A stretch of DNA of 64,000 nucleotides, taken from positions 292,652 through 356,651 of the forward strand of contig CAVXNV010000004.1 of NCBI GenBank assembly GCA_963763165.1, read 5' to 3'. Positions within the stretch are counted from its first letter, which is position 1. Every line of letters starts with the position of its first letter. This document shows, in pieces, positions 29,490 to 40,379 of this stretch. A model generated the notes under the pieces. That model was not told the origin of the DNA and did no database searches. It was given only the letters and a program-made list of their open reading frames with translations. The position numbers and the translations under genes were made by a program. Source of the DNA: an uncultured Alphaproteobacteria bacterium. Lineage in GTDB: Bacteria; Pseudomonadota; Alphaproteobacteria; Rhodobacterales; Rhodobacteraceae.

Positions 29490-29609
29490 TCGCTGGCCCG
29501 GCGCGGGCCGGTCGCTGCGCGGATACCGGCGCAGTCCTGTCGCGCTTGTGTTTTGACGCGAGGCGCGCCGCCGCATATATCGGCGGCGGGGCCAACAAGG
29601 TGGGCGTGC

Positions 29610-32126
29610 GTGCTTAGATTCATATTGACGTTCTTCGGGTCGATCTTCAGCGTGATGACATTGGGCATCATGTTGATCGCGCTCAGCATCGGCGCGATCT
29701 TCTACATCTATGGCCGCGATCTTCCCAGCCACCAGAGCCTTGCCAATTACACCCCGCCGACGATCAGCCGCATCTACTCGGGCGAGGGGAGGATCATCGA
29801 TGAATTCAGCCAGGAGCGGCGTCTTTTCACCCCGGCCGAAGACATTCCCGACCTCGTCAAAGAGGCGTTCATCTCGGCCGAGGACAAGAATTTCTACAGC
29901 CACGGCGGCTTTGACGCGGGCGGCATCGCCGCCGCCGTGGTCGAGGCGGTCAAAACCCGCGGCAGCAACGTGCGCGGCGCGTCGACCATCACGCAGCAGG
30001 TGATGAAGAACTTTCTTCTGTCGGGCGACCGGCGGATCGAGCGCAAGATAAAGGAAATCATCCTCGCCACCCGCATCGAGGAGACGCTGAGCAAGGAAAA
30101 GATCCTCGAACTCTACCTGAACGAGATTTTCCTCGGCCAGAACAGCTATGGTGTGGCCGCCGCCGCGCAAACCTATTTCAACAAGACGCTGGCCGATCTG
30201 GCCCCGCACGAGGCGGCCTTCCTCGCCTCGATGCCGAAGGCGCCCAGCAATTACCACCCGGTGCGCAACGCCGACCAGCTGCTGACGCGGCGCAATTACG
30301 TGCTGCGCGAGATGCGGCAGAACGGCTATCTCAGCGAAGCGGTCTACGAGGAGGAGGTCGCCCAGCCGCTGCGCAGCGTCCAGGGCGGCGATTTCGAGCC
30401 GTTCTCGGCCAATCTGCCGCCGCGCGACTACTTCACCGACGAGATCCGCCGCCAGCTGAGCAAGGATATCGGCGAGGGCGAATTCTTCTCCGGCGGCTTC
30501 ACCGTGCGCGCCACGGTCGATCCCGAAATGCAGGCCGAAGCGGCGGTCGCGCTGCAGGCCAAGCTGGAGGAATATGACCGCGGCCTCGGCCGCTGGCGCG
30601 GCACCGGCAAGACGCTGCCGCCCGAGGCGCTGGAAAGCGAAGAGGCATGGCGCGCGGCGCTGGCCGATCTGAGCGTGGCGCGCGATATCGATCTGGATAG
30701 CCACTGGTATCCGGCCGTCGTGCTGGGGATCGAGGACCAGCAGATGCGCATCGGGATCGAGGACGTCCCGGCCACCGACGCCGAGCCGCAGGTCATCCCG
30801 CGCGAGGATATCGCGTGGCTGCCGAAGAATTTCCAGGAGACGTTCGAGGTCGGCGACGTGGTGCATGTGCGCCGGATGACAAAGGATGGCGAGTTCCTGC
30901 GCTGGACGCTGCGGCAGGTGCCGCGGGTGCAGGGCGGGTTCATGGCGATGGACGTGAACACGGGCCGCGTGATTGCCATGCAGGGCGGGTTTTCCTATCA
31001 GAATTCGGTTTTCAACCGCGCCACGCAGGCCAAGCGTCAGCCCGGCTCCAGCTTCAAGCCTTTCGTTTATGCCGCCGCGCTCGACAGCGGCTATTCCCCG
31101 GCGACCATCGTGGTCGACGCCCCGATCGAGGTGAACACGCCGCAGGGCATCTGGCGGCCACGCAACTCGTCGAACAAGTATTACGGGCCGACGCCGCTGC
31201 GCACCGGGATCGAGCAGTCGCGCAACCTGATGACCGTGCGCCTCGCGCAGGAGGTGGGGATGGACACTGTCGCCGCCTATGCGGAACGGTTCGGCGTCTA
31301 CGAGAACATGGGAACCTACCTCGCCAACGCCTTGGGAAGCGAGGAATCGACGGTCTTCAACATGGTCGCCGCCTACGCCATGTTCGCCAATGGCGGCGAG
31401 CGGGTGGAGCCGACGCTGGTCGACCGCGTGCAGGACCGCTACGGGCGCACCGTCTACCGCCATGACGAACGGACCTGCACCGATTGCGACGACCCGCGCA
31501 TCGCGCCGGGGCGCGGGCCGCGCATCGTTTCGGATCGCGAGCGGGTGATCGACGCGATCACGGCTTATCAGCTGACCTCGATGATGAAGGGCGTGGTCGA
31601 GCGCGGCACGGCGGCGGGCAATGTCAACCTCTCGGTGCCCGTCGCGGGCAAGACCGGCACCACCAACGACGCGCGCGACGTGTGGTTCATCGGCTTCACC
31701 AGCAATATTGTCGCCGGCTGCTATATCGGCTATGACCAGCCGCGCAGCCTTGGGCGCAGCGCCTATGGCTCGGGAATGTGCGGGCCCGTCTTCACCCAGT
31801 TCATGCGCAAGGCGACGGCCAAATATGGCGGCGGCGAATTCGCCGTCCCGCCCGGCGGCCATTTCATCAATATCGACCGCCGCACCGGCGCCCGCCTGCC
31901 TGACGGCGCCGCGGGACCCAACGTCGTGGCCGAGTATTTCCGCGATGGCGAGGATCCGATGTTCGGCCTCATGTTCGACGGCGGTTTTGCCATGGGCAAC
32001 GATCTGGAGCTTTTCCGCGACGGCGAGGACGAGCAGGTGCGCAGCGTCACCACCTCCAGCGGCCAGACCGGCAAGGTCGGCAAGAAGGCCACCTTCGGCT
32101 CGATGTCCTCCGGCGGGCTTTACTGA
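29610..32126 (+). CDS. mrcA: Penicillin-binding protein 1A
   Basis: Transglycosylase GASTITQQ and RKIKE; transpeptidase [16 protein letters not shown]; GTG start 29610. Confidence 0.95.
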   Translation: MLRFILTFFGSIFSVMTLGIMLIALSIGAIFYIYGRDLPSHQSLANYTPPTISRIYSGEGRIIDEFSQERRLFTPAEDIPDLVKEAFISAEDKNFYSHGGFDAGGIAAAVVEAVKTRGSNVRGASTITQQVMKNFLLSGDRRIERKIKEIILATRIEETLSKEKILELYLNEIFLGQNSYGVAAAAQTYFNKTLADLAPHEAAFLASMPKAPSNYHPVRNADQLLTRRNYVLREMRQNGYLSEAVYEEEVAQPLRSVQGGDFEPFSANLPPRDYFTDEIRRQLSKDIGEGEFFSGGFTVRATVDPEMQAEAAVALQAKLEEYDRGLGRWRGTGKTLPPEALESEEAWRAALADLSVARDIDLDSHWYPAVVLGIEDQQMRIGIEDVPATDAEPQVIPREDIAWLPKNFQETFEVGDVVHVRRMTKDGEFLRWTLRQVPRVQGGFMAMDVNTGRVIAMQGGFSYQNSVFNRATQAKRQPGSSFKPFVYAAALDSGYSPATIVVDAPIEVNTPQGIWRPRNSSNKYYGPTPLRTGIEQSRNLMTVRLAQEVGMDTVAAYAERFGVYENMGTYLANALGSEESTVFNMVAAYAMFANGGERVEPTLVDRVQDRYGRTVYRHDERTCTDCDDPRIAPGRGPRIVSDRERVIDAITAYQLTSMMKGVVERGTAAGNVNLSVPVAGKTGTTNDARDVWFIGFTSNIVAGCYIGYDQPRSLGRSAYGSGMCGPVFTQFMRKATAKYGGGEFAVPPGGHFINIDRRTGARLPDGAAGPNVVAEYFRDGEDPMFGLMFDGGFAMGNDLELFRDGEDEQVRSVTTSSGQTGKVGKKATFGSMSSGGLY

Positions 32127-32209
32127 CGCAGCAATGGCGGCGGGCAGGGCGCGCTTGCCCGCCGCCCGCCGCTGCGGTATCAGGCGGGCGAGCCAACAGG
32201 AAAGACCTT

Positions 32210-33334
32210 ATGCGCGCGGAAATTCAGTCCATTACCCAAGACATCGAGACGTCGCTGGACCTGCTCCGCCAGCGCATGGGATGGGATACGGTCCGGCACC
32301 GGATGGAAGAATTCAACGCGCGCGTCGAGGACCCGCAGCTTTGGGACGATCCGGCCCGGGCGCAGAAACTGATGCGCGACCGGCAGGCGCTGGTCGACGC
32401 GCTGGAGACGCATGACGGCATACAGGCCGAGCTTTCGGACAATGTCGAACTGATCGAGATGGGCGAGGCCGAGGGTGATGCCGACATCGTGGCCGAGGCA
32501 GAGACGGCCCTGAAGGCGCTGAAGAAACGCGCCGCTGCGAAGGAGTTGGAGGCGCTGCTGAATGGCGAGGCCGACGCCAACGACACGTTCCTCGAAATCA
32601 ACGCGGGCGCCGGCGGCACGGAAAGCTGCGACTGGGCGAACATGCTGGCGCGCATGTATGTCCGCTGGGCCGAAAAGCGCGGCTACACGGTCGAGCTTCA
32701 GTCGGAACAATCCGGCGACGAGGCGGGGATCAAATCGGCGGCCTACAAGATCAGCGGTCACAACGCCTATGGCTGGCTGAAATCGGAATCCGGCGTTCAT
32801 CGCCTTGTGCGTATCAGCCCCTTCGATTCGGCGGCCAAGCGGCATACCTCCTTCTGCTCGGTCTGGGTCTATCCGGTGGTCGACGACGATATCGACATCG
32901 AGGTGAACCCCGCCGACATCCGCATCGACACCTATCGCAGCTCCGGCGCGGGCGGGCAGCACGTGAACACCACCAACTCGGCGGTGCGGATCACGCACCA
33001 TCCGACCGGGATCGTCGTGACCTCTTCGGAGAAATCCCAGCACCAGAACCGCGATATCGCCATGAAGGCGCTGAAATCGCGGCTTTACCAGCTGGAGCTG
33101 GACCGCCGCAACGCCGCCATCAACGAAGCGCATGATGCCAAGGGCGATGCGGGCTGGGGCAACCAGATCCGCAGCTATGTCCTCCAGCCCTATCAGATGG
33201 TCAAGGACCTGCGCACGCAGGTGGAGACATCCGACACCAAGGGCGTTCTCGACGGCGATCTGGACCAGTTCATGGCCGCGACGCTGGCGATGAATGTCAG
33301 CGGCAAAAGCCGGGCCGAGGCGCAGGGCGACTGA
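32210..33334 (+). CDS. prfB: Peptide chain release factor 2 (single uninterrupted ORF)
   Basis: VRISPFD (SPF), [17 protein letters not shown]. Confidence 0.98.
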   Translation: MRAEIQSITQDIETSLDLLRQRMGWDTVRHRMEEFNARVEDPQLWDDPARAQKLMRDRQALVDALETHDGIQAELSDNVELIEMGEAEGDADIVAEAETALKALKKRAAAKELEALLNGEADANDTFLEINAGAGGTESCDWANMLARMYVRWAEKRGYTVELQSEQSGDEAGIKSAAYKISGHNAYGWLKSESGVHRLVRISPFDSAAKRHTSFCSVWVYPVVDDDIDIEVNPADIRIDTYRSSGAGGQHVNTTNSAVRITHHPTGIVVTSSEKSQHQNRDIAMKALKSRLYQLELDRRNAAINEAHDAKGDAGWGNQIRSYVLQPYQMVKDLRTQVETSDTKGVLDGDLDQFMAATLAMNVSGKSRAEAQGD

Positions 33335-33377
33335 CCGCACAGCCGGGTATCTCTGCCAGGGCTGACGGAGGTCCGCG

Positions 33378-33710
33378 CTATTTCAGCGGATCGTGCCCCC
33401 AGTTCATCAGCGAGTAGCGCCAGGCCGAATGCTTCTTGTCCTCCGCCGGGCCGCCCTGGGCCAGGTGGCGCTTGATGTAGCCGACCACCTTGGCCATGTG
33501 ATCCCACTGATCATCTGTGAGATCGTCCTTCTTCGTGTGCTTGATCCTGACGATGCGGCGGCCGGACGCGTGGCCGGTGGATTCGCCGCTGTCCGAGTCG
33601 CCGACCGATTTCGATTCGTCCGTCCGCAACCACTCTTCCAGTTCCTTCGGCGTCATGTTCACCAGATCGCGCCATTCCTCCCGGATTTCGTTGCGGGTTT
33701 TCGATGACAT
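33378..33710 (-). CDS. DUF3140-like protein
   Basis: [18 protein letters not shown]....ESTGH.SGRRIV...[14 protein letters not shown]...[12 protein letters not shown]. Confidence 0.8.
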   Translation of the reverse strand: MSSKTRNEIREEWRDLVNMTPKELEEWLRTDESKSVGDSDSGESTGHASGRRIVRIKHTKKDDLTDDQWDHMAKVVGYIKRHLAQGGPAEDKKHSAWRYSLMNWGHDPLK

Positions 33711-33791
33711 GGGCAACATCCTTTCGATATGTTTGCAAGGATAACGGCGCCGGGCGGTTCGGGTTTCGCCCGAAGCGTTTGGGGAGGGATT

Positions 33792-34571
33792 ATGAAAGAC
33801 ATACGATTGGCCGAGCCGGGGGTGCCGGATTTGGGCGCGCCAACGCTGCCCATGCTGCGCGAGGCGCTGCGCCGCGGATGGCGCGACATGCGGCGCGCGC
33901 CGGGCTATGCCATCACCTTTGCCAGCGTCTATGTGGGGATCGGCTGGCTCATGGTGTGGGTGACGGTGGCAACGGGGCACAGCTATTGGCTGGTCTTCGC
34001 GGCCGTCAGCTTCCCTCTGATCGGGCCTTTCGCGGCGGTCGGTCTCTACGAGGTGAGCCATCGGCTGGAGCGGGGGCTGCCGCTGGATTCGCGCGCGATC
34101 TTCGGCGTCATCCGGCACCAGAGCCAGCGGCAATTACCCTCTATCTGTGTCATCGTTCTCATGATCTTCCTGTTCTGGTTCTTCCTGGCGCACATGATAT
34201 TCGCGCTTTTCCTCGGATTTTCGACCATGACCAATGTATCGACCTCCTATGACGTCTATCTGACGTCCGAGGGTCTGGGCATGCTGGCCATGGGCAGCGT
34301 GGTGGGCGGGCTTTTTGCGCTGCTCATCTACATGATCACCGTGATCGCGCTGCCGTTGCTGCTGGATCGCGAGGTGGATTTCGTCACCGCGATGATCACC
34401 AGCTTCGGCATGGTGACGGCCCATCCGGTGCCGATGCTGGCCTGGGCGGTCTTCATCGCGCTGACCACATTCCTGGCGCTGTTGCCGGCGTTTCTGGGAC
34501 TGTTCATCGTGCTGCCGCTTCTGGGCCACGCGACATGGCATTTCTACCGGCTGCTCTGCGAGGCGGGCTGA
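33792..34571 (+). CDS. DUF2189 integral membrane protein
   Basis: [44 protein letters not shown]. Confidence 0.85.
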   Translation: MKDIRLAEPGVPDLGAPTLPMLREALRRGWRDMRRAPGYAITFASVYVGIGWLMVWVTVATGHSYWLVFAAVSFPLIGPFAAVGLYEVSHRLERGLPLDSRAIFGVIRHQSQRQLPSICVIVLMIFLFWFFLAHMIFALFLGFSTMTNVSTSYDVYLTSEGLGMLAMGSVVGGLFALLIYMITVIALPLLLDREVDFVTAMITSFGMVTAHPVPMLAWAVFIALTTFLALLPAFLGLFIVLPLLGHATWHFYRLLCEAG

Positions 34572-34574
34572 GTG

Positions 34575-34790
34575 CTATTCCTCGCGCCCGTGGCGCAGGA
34601 GGCGGCGGTGAAGCTGGCGGGCCTCCGGCGCGCCCGCTTCCAACGCGAAAACATAGGCATGCGTGAGGAAAAAGCACGACGCATCCAGATCGTTCGCGCT
34701 GTCGGCCGCCTCGGTATAGAGGGCGATCAGCGCGGCCGGATCAGGCCGCGCATGCGCGTCCAGCATGCGTGCATGCAGATCGCCGTTCAT
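34575..34790 (-). CDS. Small hypothetical helical protein (71 aa)
   Basis: ATGA overlap with the Rieske gene stop; CFFLTHAYVFALEAG. Confidence 0.7.
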   Translation of the reverse strand: MNGDLHARMLDAHARPDPAALIALYTEAADSANDLDASCFFLTHAYVFALEAGAPEARQLHRRLLRHGREE

Positions 34791-35941
34791 TCCGCCGCCC
34801 GTTTCAAACCGCGATATGCGTCGATCTTGCCAGCCACCCAGGCGTGAAAGCAATGCGTCGGGCTGTCCATCACCGGCGAGAAACGACCGCCGTCGAACTG
34901 GGTGACGTGACGGCCTTTCTGCATCCCCTCGACGACGAAAATATCCTCCTCGAAGACGCCCTTCCACAGCTGGGTGTTGCGCGCCTTGAGCCCCTCATCC
35001 ACGCCCGGCTCGGCGTAATAGATATGCACATGCTCGACCGTGCGCTCCGGCCCCTGAGGCTCGAGAATGATGGCATAGGCATGATCGCGATGCGCGCCCA
35101 GAAGGACGTTGGGATAGACGGCGACATACTCGGCCTGTTCATTCCACTTGGCGCCGACGCCGTCGAAATCGGGAAACCTGTCGCCGTTTTCGTTGGTAAG
35201 CTGGCGGTAGACCATCGTGCCCTGGCCGGAATAGGCGGCAGGCTCTTCGATATGGTAGTGATCTTCGAGCCGCGAATAGCTGTTGAGGCCGGGATGCACC
35301 CAGGGCAGATGATAGCTTTCGCAGTAGTTTTCGACCGCCAGCTTCCAGTTGCACTGCACCTCCAGCGTGAAGCGGCTGTCATGGCCGCCGTGATGCAGCG
35401 GAAGGTCGAAATCGCGCCATCGCTCGATGATGTGCGACATGGCGATATCGAACTCGGGCGCATCGCCCGAGACGTTGATCCAGACGACATCGCGCCAGAC
35501 ATGGCTGCGCACCTCGCCAAGGCCCAATTCGCTGCGCTTGATGGCCGCGTGGGTGTTCCGGCCGGGGCCGCCGACATGCGGCGTGCTGACCAGATCGCCC
35601 TTGGTGGAGTAGCACCACGAATGATAGGGACAGCGGATCGCCCCCTCGATCCGGCGCGGGCTGTCGACCAGGATCATGCCCCGGTGGCGGCAGATGTTCT
35701 GAAAGACGCGCACCGCTCCATCCTTGTCGCGGATGAGCAGAAGCGGCACGCCGAGGAAGGTCAGCGGCACCGCGTCACCCGGCAGGGGCACATCGGCGGC
35801 GACGGCAAGCCCGGCCCATTGCGTGAAGAGCAGCGCGTTCCTTTCTTCCTCGAAGACGGCGGGATCGATGTAATGCCCATTGGGTAGCCCGTTGGCCTTG
35901 TCCACGGACGCACGGACGTTGGAGAGGTCGGTCAGGGTCAT
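34787..35941 (-). CDS. Rieske non-heme iron oxygenase alpha subunit (choline monooxygenase/N-demethylase-like)
   Basis: CRHRG...CPYHSW Rieske motif; NWK..VENYCESYHLPWVH and EED mononuclear Fe ligands. Confidence 0.93.
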   Translation of the reverse strand: MTLTDLSNVRASVDKANGLPNGHYIDPAVFEEERNALLFTQWAGLAVAADVPLPGDAVPLTFLGVPLLLIRDKDGAVRVFQNICRHRGMILVDSPRRIEGAIRCPYHSWCYSTKGDLVSTPHVGGPGRNTHAAIKRSELGLGEVRSHVWRDVVWINVSGDAPEFDIAMSHIIERWRDFDLPLHHGGHDSRFTLEVQCNWKLAVENYCESYHLPWVHPGLNSYSRLEDHYHIEEPAAYSGQGTMVYRQLTNENGDRFPDFDGVGAKWNEQAEYVAVYPNVLLGAHRDHAYAIILEPQGPERTVEHVHIYYAEPGVDEGLKARNTQLWKGVFEEDIFVVEGMQKGRHVTQFDGGRFSPVMDSPTHCFHAWVAGKIDAYRGLKRAAE

Positions 35942-36045
35942 GGCAGGCTCCTGCAAGAGGCAATAGCCTGAGCGTTGCACGGAAGGGGCGCGCGTAACCG
36001 CACAGACGCGACGCGACTTTTCTCACCGCGACACGGCGCGCGAAT

Positions 36046-36864
36046 TCACCGGAAGGGCTGATCCAGCCGCAACAGCCGCGCGTGGAAGGCCGGCACATCC
36101 TCGAGCGCGATCAGACCGGCGGTGCGCGCGGCGCTCAGGATCGCGCCGGTATGATGTCCCAGATGCTCATAGACCATGCGGGCGGCGCGGATGCCGCTGA
36201 CCTTCTCGCGCACGGTGCGGGTGACGTAGCCTTCCCAGAGGTTGCGTTGAAAGGCGGTTTCCGGCGCAAGGAAATTGAACGAGCAAGCCAATGAATTCCG
36301 ATGGGTCACGATGATCATGATCCCTTCTTCCTGGCGCATGACCACGCCGCGATATTCGCGGTCGGCCGCGGCGGTGGACAGCCCCTGCCGCCGCATGGCC
36401 GAGCGCGGCTCGAAACCGCGCAGGAACGTATAGCCTTCCGCGCGATGCACCAGTACCAGGCCCATCACGAATTGCGTCTCGTCGATGAAGCTGCGCCGGA
36501 CGAACCGGTAAATGCCGTTGGGGAACAGATCGGTCGGCACTGCTACCGGCTCGGCGCCGAAGAAACCCGCAACGGCAGGATGGCTCAGCAGATCGAAGGA
36601 GGCGCTGCGCGCGGTGTTCGCCGGCTCCAGCAGGATCCGGGCATCGGTGCCGAAGAACTGGCAGATGCGGTGCAGGACATCGGGGCGCGGAAAGCTTTCG
36701 CCGCTGAGATAGCGGTTGAACTGCGTCCGGTTGATCCCGAGGTCGCGGCAAAGCCCGGCCACCGACGGATAGTCGGCGCTGAGCGCGCGCAGGTTTTCGC
36801 CGAAGACCGCCCGCAGGCGTGCAGGATCGGCGTCATGCTGATAGGAGCCAGGAGGACGCGCCAT
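36046..36864 (-). CDS. XRE-family HTH regulator with uncharacterised C-terminal domain
   Basis: FGENLR.L....SVAGLCRDLGINRTQFNRYLSGESFPRPDVLHRICQFFG. Confidence 0.85.
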   Translation of the reverse strand: MARPPGSYQHDADPARLRAVFGENLRALSADYPSVAGLCRDLGINRTQFNRYLSGESFPRPDVLHRICQFFGTDARILLEPANTARSASFDLLSHPAVAGFFGAEPVAVPTDLFPNGIYRFVRRSFIDETQFVMGLVLVHRAEGYTFLRGFEPRSAMRRQGLSTAAADREYRGVVMRQEEGIMIIVTHRNSLACSFNFLAPETAFQRNLWEGYVTRTVREKVSGIRAARMVYEHLGHHTGAILSAARTAGLIALEDVPAFHARLLRLDQPFR

Positions 36865-37032
36865 GCAGCGGTCAAAGTCGCGGTAGCATCGCCGCAACGG
36901 CGCGCTGACAAGTGCGGCCGGCGGCGCAGAGTGGAAGAAAGCGTACTAATCTCATGGCCTCATCCTGCCGTGCTGTCGACAATTTGCAAGGAGATATCAC
37001 ACTGGTGCGCGCTCGTGGCGGCACGGGCGGAT

Positions 37033-37056
37033 AAGTGACGCGCTTTGGCGTCACTT
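37033..37056. promoter_or_regulatory. Perfect 9-bp inverted repeat, candidate operator
   Basis: AAGTGACGC-GCTTTG-GCGTCACTT between the divergent XRE and OB-fold genes. Confidence 0.4.
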
Positions 37057-37241
37057 TTCGCAATTATTGACACAAATTCGGCACGTGCGATGCGCATTCA
37101 GTCATGGATCGGCGGCGCAGAAGGCGACATCTTAACCACTAGGGAAGCATCGGATTGAGACGGCGGCAAACGGCCGGAGGATCCGGAACGGGAACAAAAC
37201 TGCGCCGCGACGGGGCGCATGGATGGGCTATTGGGGGAAAT

Positions 37242-37583
37242 ATGTACGGGGTCGTTCTTTGGACGGATCAGCGCGAGAACCGCGCTGTCATATGGTGTGA
37301 GGATCACGGAGATCTCGCTTTCTACAGGGGCGCCAAGGGGGACGATGCCGCGATGGCGGCGGGCGATCTGATCGAATTCGACTTGCGCGACGGCGGCGAG
37401 ATGCGGTTGGCCGACACGCCCCGTCTGGTCACGCGGCACAGTCATCCGACGCTGGGGGCCGACCTGAAGCGCGCCGGCGCACGGCTGGGGGCCATCAGGA
37501 CCGCGGCGCCCGTCGCCGCCAACAGCGGCGTGCCCGCCGACATCATACCCTTCGGATCGCGCAGGCGCACGGCCTGCGGCTAG
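37242..37583 (+). CDS. Small cold-shock/OB-fold-like hypothetical protein
   Basis: MYGVVLW.D....AVIWCEDHGDLAF...GDLIEFDL; GGGGG RBS; followed by a terminator. Confidence 0.7.
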   Translation: MYGVVLWTDQRENRAVIWCEDHGDLAFYRGAKGDDAAMAAGDLIEFDLRDGGEMRLADTPRLVTRHSHPTLGADLKRAGARLGAIRTAAPVAANSGVPADIIPFGSRRRTACG

Positions 37584-37612
37584 CGCGGCGCGACGGGTGC
37601 AGCGATTCGAAC

Positions 37613-37644
37613 AGGCCGGACCGGGAGACGGGTCCGGCCTTTTT
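37613..37644 (+). terminator. Rho-independent terminator
   Basis: AGGCCGGACC-GGGAGACG-GGTCCGGCCT-TTTT between convergent genes. Confidence 0.8.
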
Positions 37645-37653
37645 CGATTGCGC

Positions 37654-38214
37654 CTACGTGCCGCGTGGCAGGGCGGCGATGCCGGTGCGCGCCAGGTCCG
37701 ACAGACCCAGCGGGCGCATGAGATCGGCAAATGCGTCGATCTTTTCCGACGTTCCGGTAATCTCGAAGGTGAAACTGTCGAGCGTGCTGTCGACGACGTT
37801 GGCGCGAAAGATGTCGGCAAGCCGCAGCGCCTCGACGCGCTTCTCGCCCTCTCCGACGACCTTCAGCAGGGCCAGTTCGCGCTCGACCGCGCGGCCTTCG
37901 ACGGTCAGGTCGTGGACCTCGTGAACCGGCACGATCCGGCCAAGCTGCGCCTTGATCTGCTCGATCACCTGCGGCGTGCCGGTGGTGACGATGGTGATGC
38001 GGCTCAGATGGCCCTCGTGGTCGATTTCGGCCACGGTCAGGCTGTCGATGTTGTAGCCGCGCCCTGAAAAGAGGCCGATGACGCGGGCCAGAACGCCCGC
38101 CTCGTTGTCGACGATGACGGCGAGGGTGTGACGCTCCTCGATATCCGAAAAGGTGGGGCGCAGGTTGTAGGCCGACTGCTTGGTCGAGCCTTTCTTGATC
38201 TTCAGTGCGGACAT
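37654..38214 (-). CDS. ilvH: Acetolactate synthase small subunit
   Basis: VDNEAGVLARVIGLFSGRGYNIDSL ACT domain; ERELALLKV. Confidence 0.96.
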   Translation of the reverse strand: MSALKIKKGSTKQSAYNLRPTFSDIEERHTLAVIVDNEAGVLARVIGLFSGRGYNIDSLTVAEIDHEGHLSRITIVTTGTPQVIEQIKAQLGRIVPVHEVHDLTVEGRAVERELALLKVVGEGEKRVEALRLADIFRANVVDSTLDSFTFEITGTSEKIDAFADLMRPLGLSDLARTGIAALPRGT

Positions 38215-38292
38215 GTCAGCTCCTTTGCAGCGCGCCGCGGGGGCGATTATTCTGCCAAATTTCCTTTGTATATCGTGTCTTGTGCGCCACCG

Positions 38293-40047
38293 TTAAACCA
38301 TCACCGCACCCTTGGAGCCGATGGCGTCCTTGGTCGACGCCTCGCCCAGAAGCATCTTGTTATGCGGCTCGCCTGACGGAATCATCGGGAAGCAGTTTTC
38401 GTGCTTTTCCACCAGACAGTCGAAGATCACCGGGCCGTCATGGGCGATCATCTCGCGGATGGCGTCGTCCAGGTCGGCCGGATCCTCGCAGCGGATACCC
38501 TTGGCGCCGAAGGCTTCGGCCAGCTTGACGAAATCGGGCAGGGCTTCGGACCAGGAATGGGAATAGCGTTCGCCATGCAAGAGTTCCTGCCACTGGCGGA
38601 CCATGCCCAGGCGTTCGTTGTTCAGGATGAACTGCTTGACCGGCAGGCGGAACTGGATCGCGGTGCCCATTTCCTGCATGTTCATCAGCCAACTCGCCTC
38701 GCCCGCGACGTTGATGACCAGCGCACCCGGATGCGCCATCTGCACGCCGATGGACGCGGGGAAACCATAGCCCATGGTCCCCAGACCGCCCGACGTCATC
38801 CAGCGGTTCGGCGCCTCGAAACCCATGTATTGCGCCGCCCACATCTGGTGCTGGCCGACCTCGGTGGTGATGTAGCGGTCATGATCCTTGGTCAGCGCCT
38901 CCAGCCGGGTGAGGGCGTGCTGCGGTTTGATCGTCGGGCCCGACTGCTTGAAGCTGAGGCAATCGACTTTGCGCCATTCGTCGATGCGCGCGTTCCATTT
39001 TGCAATCGCCTCGGCGTTGACCTTGCGGCCGCGCGATTTCCAGACCTTCAGCAGATCCTCCAGCACATGGGCGATGTCGCCGACGATGGGGATGTCGGCC
39101 TTGATCACCTTGTTGATCGACGAGGGGTCGATGTCGATATGCGCCTTCCTCGAGCCGGGCGAGAACGCGTCGAGCCGCCCGGTGATCCGGTCGTCGAACC
39201 GCGCGCCGACATTGATCATCAGATCGCAGTCGTGCATCGCCATGTTCGCCTCGTAAAGCCCGTGCATGCCCAGCATGCCCAGCCACGCCTTGCCGCTGGC
39301 CGGATAGGCGCCGAGGCCCATGAGCGTCGAGGTGATGGGAATGCCCGTCGCCTCGACCAGTTCGCGCAGAAGCTGGCTTGCGGCGGGGCCGGAATTGATC
39401 ACGCCGCCGCCGGTATAGAAGACCGGGCGCTTCGCGGTCTCGATCGCGGCGGCCAGTTCGGTGATGGCGTCGAGATCGCCCTTGACCTGCGGCTGGTAAT
39501 GCCCGGTGCGCACCTTTTGGGGCGGGGTGTAATCGGCGCTGGCGAATTGCACGTCCTTCGGGATGTCGATCAGAACCGGGCCGGGGCGGCCGGCGGTGGC
39601 GACGTGGAACGCCTCGTGGATCACCGCCGACAGCTTGGCGGTATCCTTGACCAGCCAGTTGTGTTTCGTGCAGGGACGGGTGATGCCGACGGTGTCGGCC
39701 TCCTGAAAGGCGTCGGAGCCGATCATGAATGTCGGCACCTGGCCGGTGAGAACCACGATGGGGATGGAGTCCAGCAGCGCATCGGTAAGGCCGGTCACCG
39801 CATTGGTCGCGCCGGGGCCGGACGTGACCAGCACCACGCCGGGTTTGCCGGTCGAGCGGGCGTAGCCCTCGGCGGCATGCACCGCACCCTGTTCGTGGCG
39901 CACCAGGATATGCCGGATGCCGTTCTGCTGGAACACCTCGTCATAGATCGGCAGGACCGCCCCGCCGGGGTAGCCGAATACGACGTCCACGCCCTGGTCC
40001 TTGAGGGCCTGAACCACCATTTTCGCTCCGGTCATCTGACGTGTCAT
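38293..40047 (-). CDS. ilvI: Acetolactate synthase large subunit
   Basis: FGYPGGAVLP, RHEQGA, TSGPGATN, RFDDRITG, VGQHQMWAAQ, GMVRQWQ. Confidence 0.97.
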   Translation of the reverse strand: MTRQMTGAKMVVQALKDQGVDVVFGYPGGAVLPIYDEVFQQNGIRHILVRHEQGAVHAAEGYARSTGKPGVVLVTSGPGATNAVTGLTDALLDSIPIVVLTGQVPTFMIGSDAFQEADTVGITRPCTKHNWLVKDTAKLSAVIHEAFHVATAGRPGPVLIDIPKDVQFASADYTPPQKVRTGHYQPQVKGDLDAITELAAAIETAKRPVFYTGGGVINSGPAASQLLRELVEATGIPITSTLMGLGAYPASGKAWLGMLGMHGLYEANMAMHDCDLMINVGARFDDRITGRLDAFSPGSRKAHIDIDPSSINKVIKADIPIVGDIAHVLEDLLKVWKSRGRKVNAEAIAKWNARIDEWRKVDCLSFKQSGPTIKPQHALTRLEALTKDHDRYITTEVGQHQMWAAQYMGFEAPNRWMTSGGLGTMGYGFPASIGVQMAHPGALVINVAGEASWLMNMQEMGTAIQFRLPVKQFILNNERLGMVRQWQELLHGERYSHSWSEALPDFVKLAEAFGAKGIRCEDPADLDDAIREMIAHDGPVIFDCLVEKHENCFPMIPSGEPHNKMLLGEASTKDAIGSKGAVMV

Positions 40048-40087
40048 CGTTTCGCTCCGTTCATGACATCACTCTGCTTGCGCGCAT

Positions 40088-40111
40088 AAAAAAGCCCCCT
40101 GAAGTGGGGGC
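40088..40111 (-). terminator. ilv attenuator terminator
   Basis: Minus strand GCCCCC-ACTTCA-GGGGGC-TTTTTT, 40 nt upstream of ilvI. Confidence 0.85.
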
Positions 40112-40138
40112 GCATGGGGAACCTCGTGGGTGTCCGGA

Positions 40139-40186
40139 CTACCGGCCCATGCGCTTTTCCGGCGTGACTACTACGAGCGGCTCCAT
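40139..40186 (-). CDS. ilv leader peptide MEPLVVVTPEKRMGR
   Basis: AAGGA RBS; Leu-Val-Val-Val control codons; leader GCGCATGGG can pair with CCCATGCGC, which overlaps the terminator 5' arm. Confidence 0.85.
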   Translation of the reverse strand: MEPLVVVTPEKRMGR

Positions 40187-40379
40187 TGGACCATTCCTTA
40201 TTGCGTGCGTGGCGGACATTATGACCGCGCGCATATGGCGTCAAGCGCATGCGGCGGATAAAATGTCGCATGCGCGATCAAAATTTTGCATTTGTTGCGC
40301 AGAATGGCAGCGTTTCGACGTTTTGCCCCCGCCGGACGCCTCCGGCGGGAGTATTTCGGCCAAGATGAACCGAGGCGCC

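Noticed and set aside
28125-31862. 1245-aa minus-strand ORF and other long antisense ORFs (10736..12547, 13961..15739, 16027..17715, 41456..43708, 44354..46240, 61386..63341)
   Set aside because: They are shadow frames of well-supported genes on the opposite strand. Such frames are expected at high GC, and these have no recognisable motifs.
37131-37146. CtrA site upstream of the OB-fold gene (TTAACCACTAGGGAA) and a similar half-site before rodZ
   Set aside because: Only one TTAA half-site in each case; too weak.
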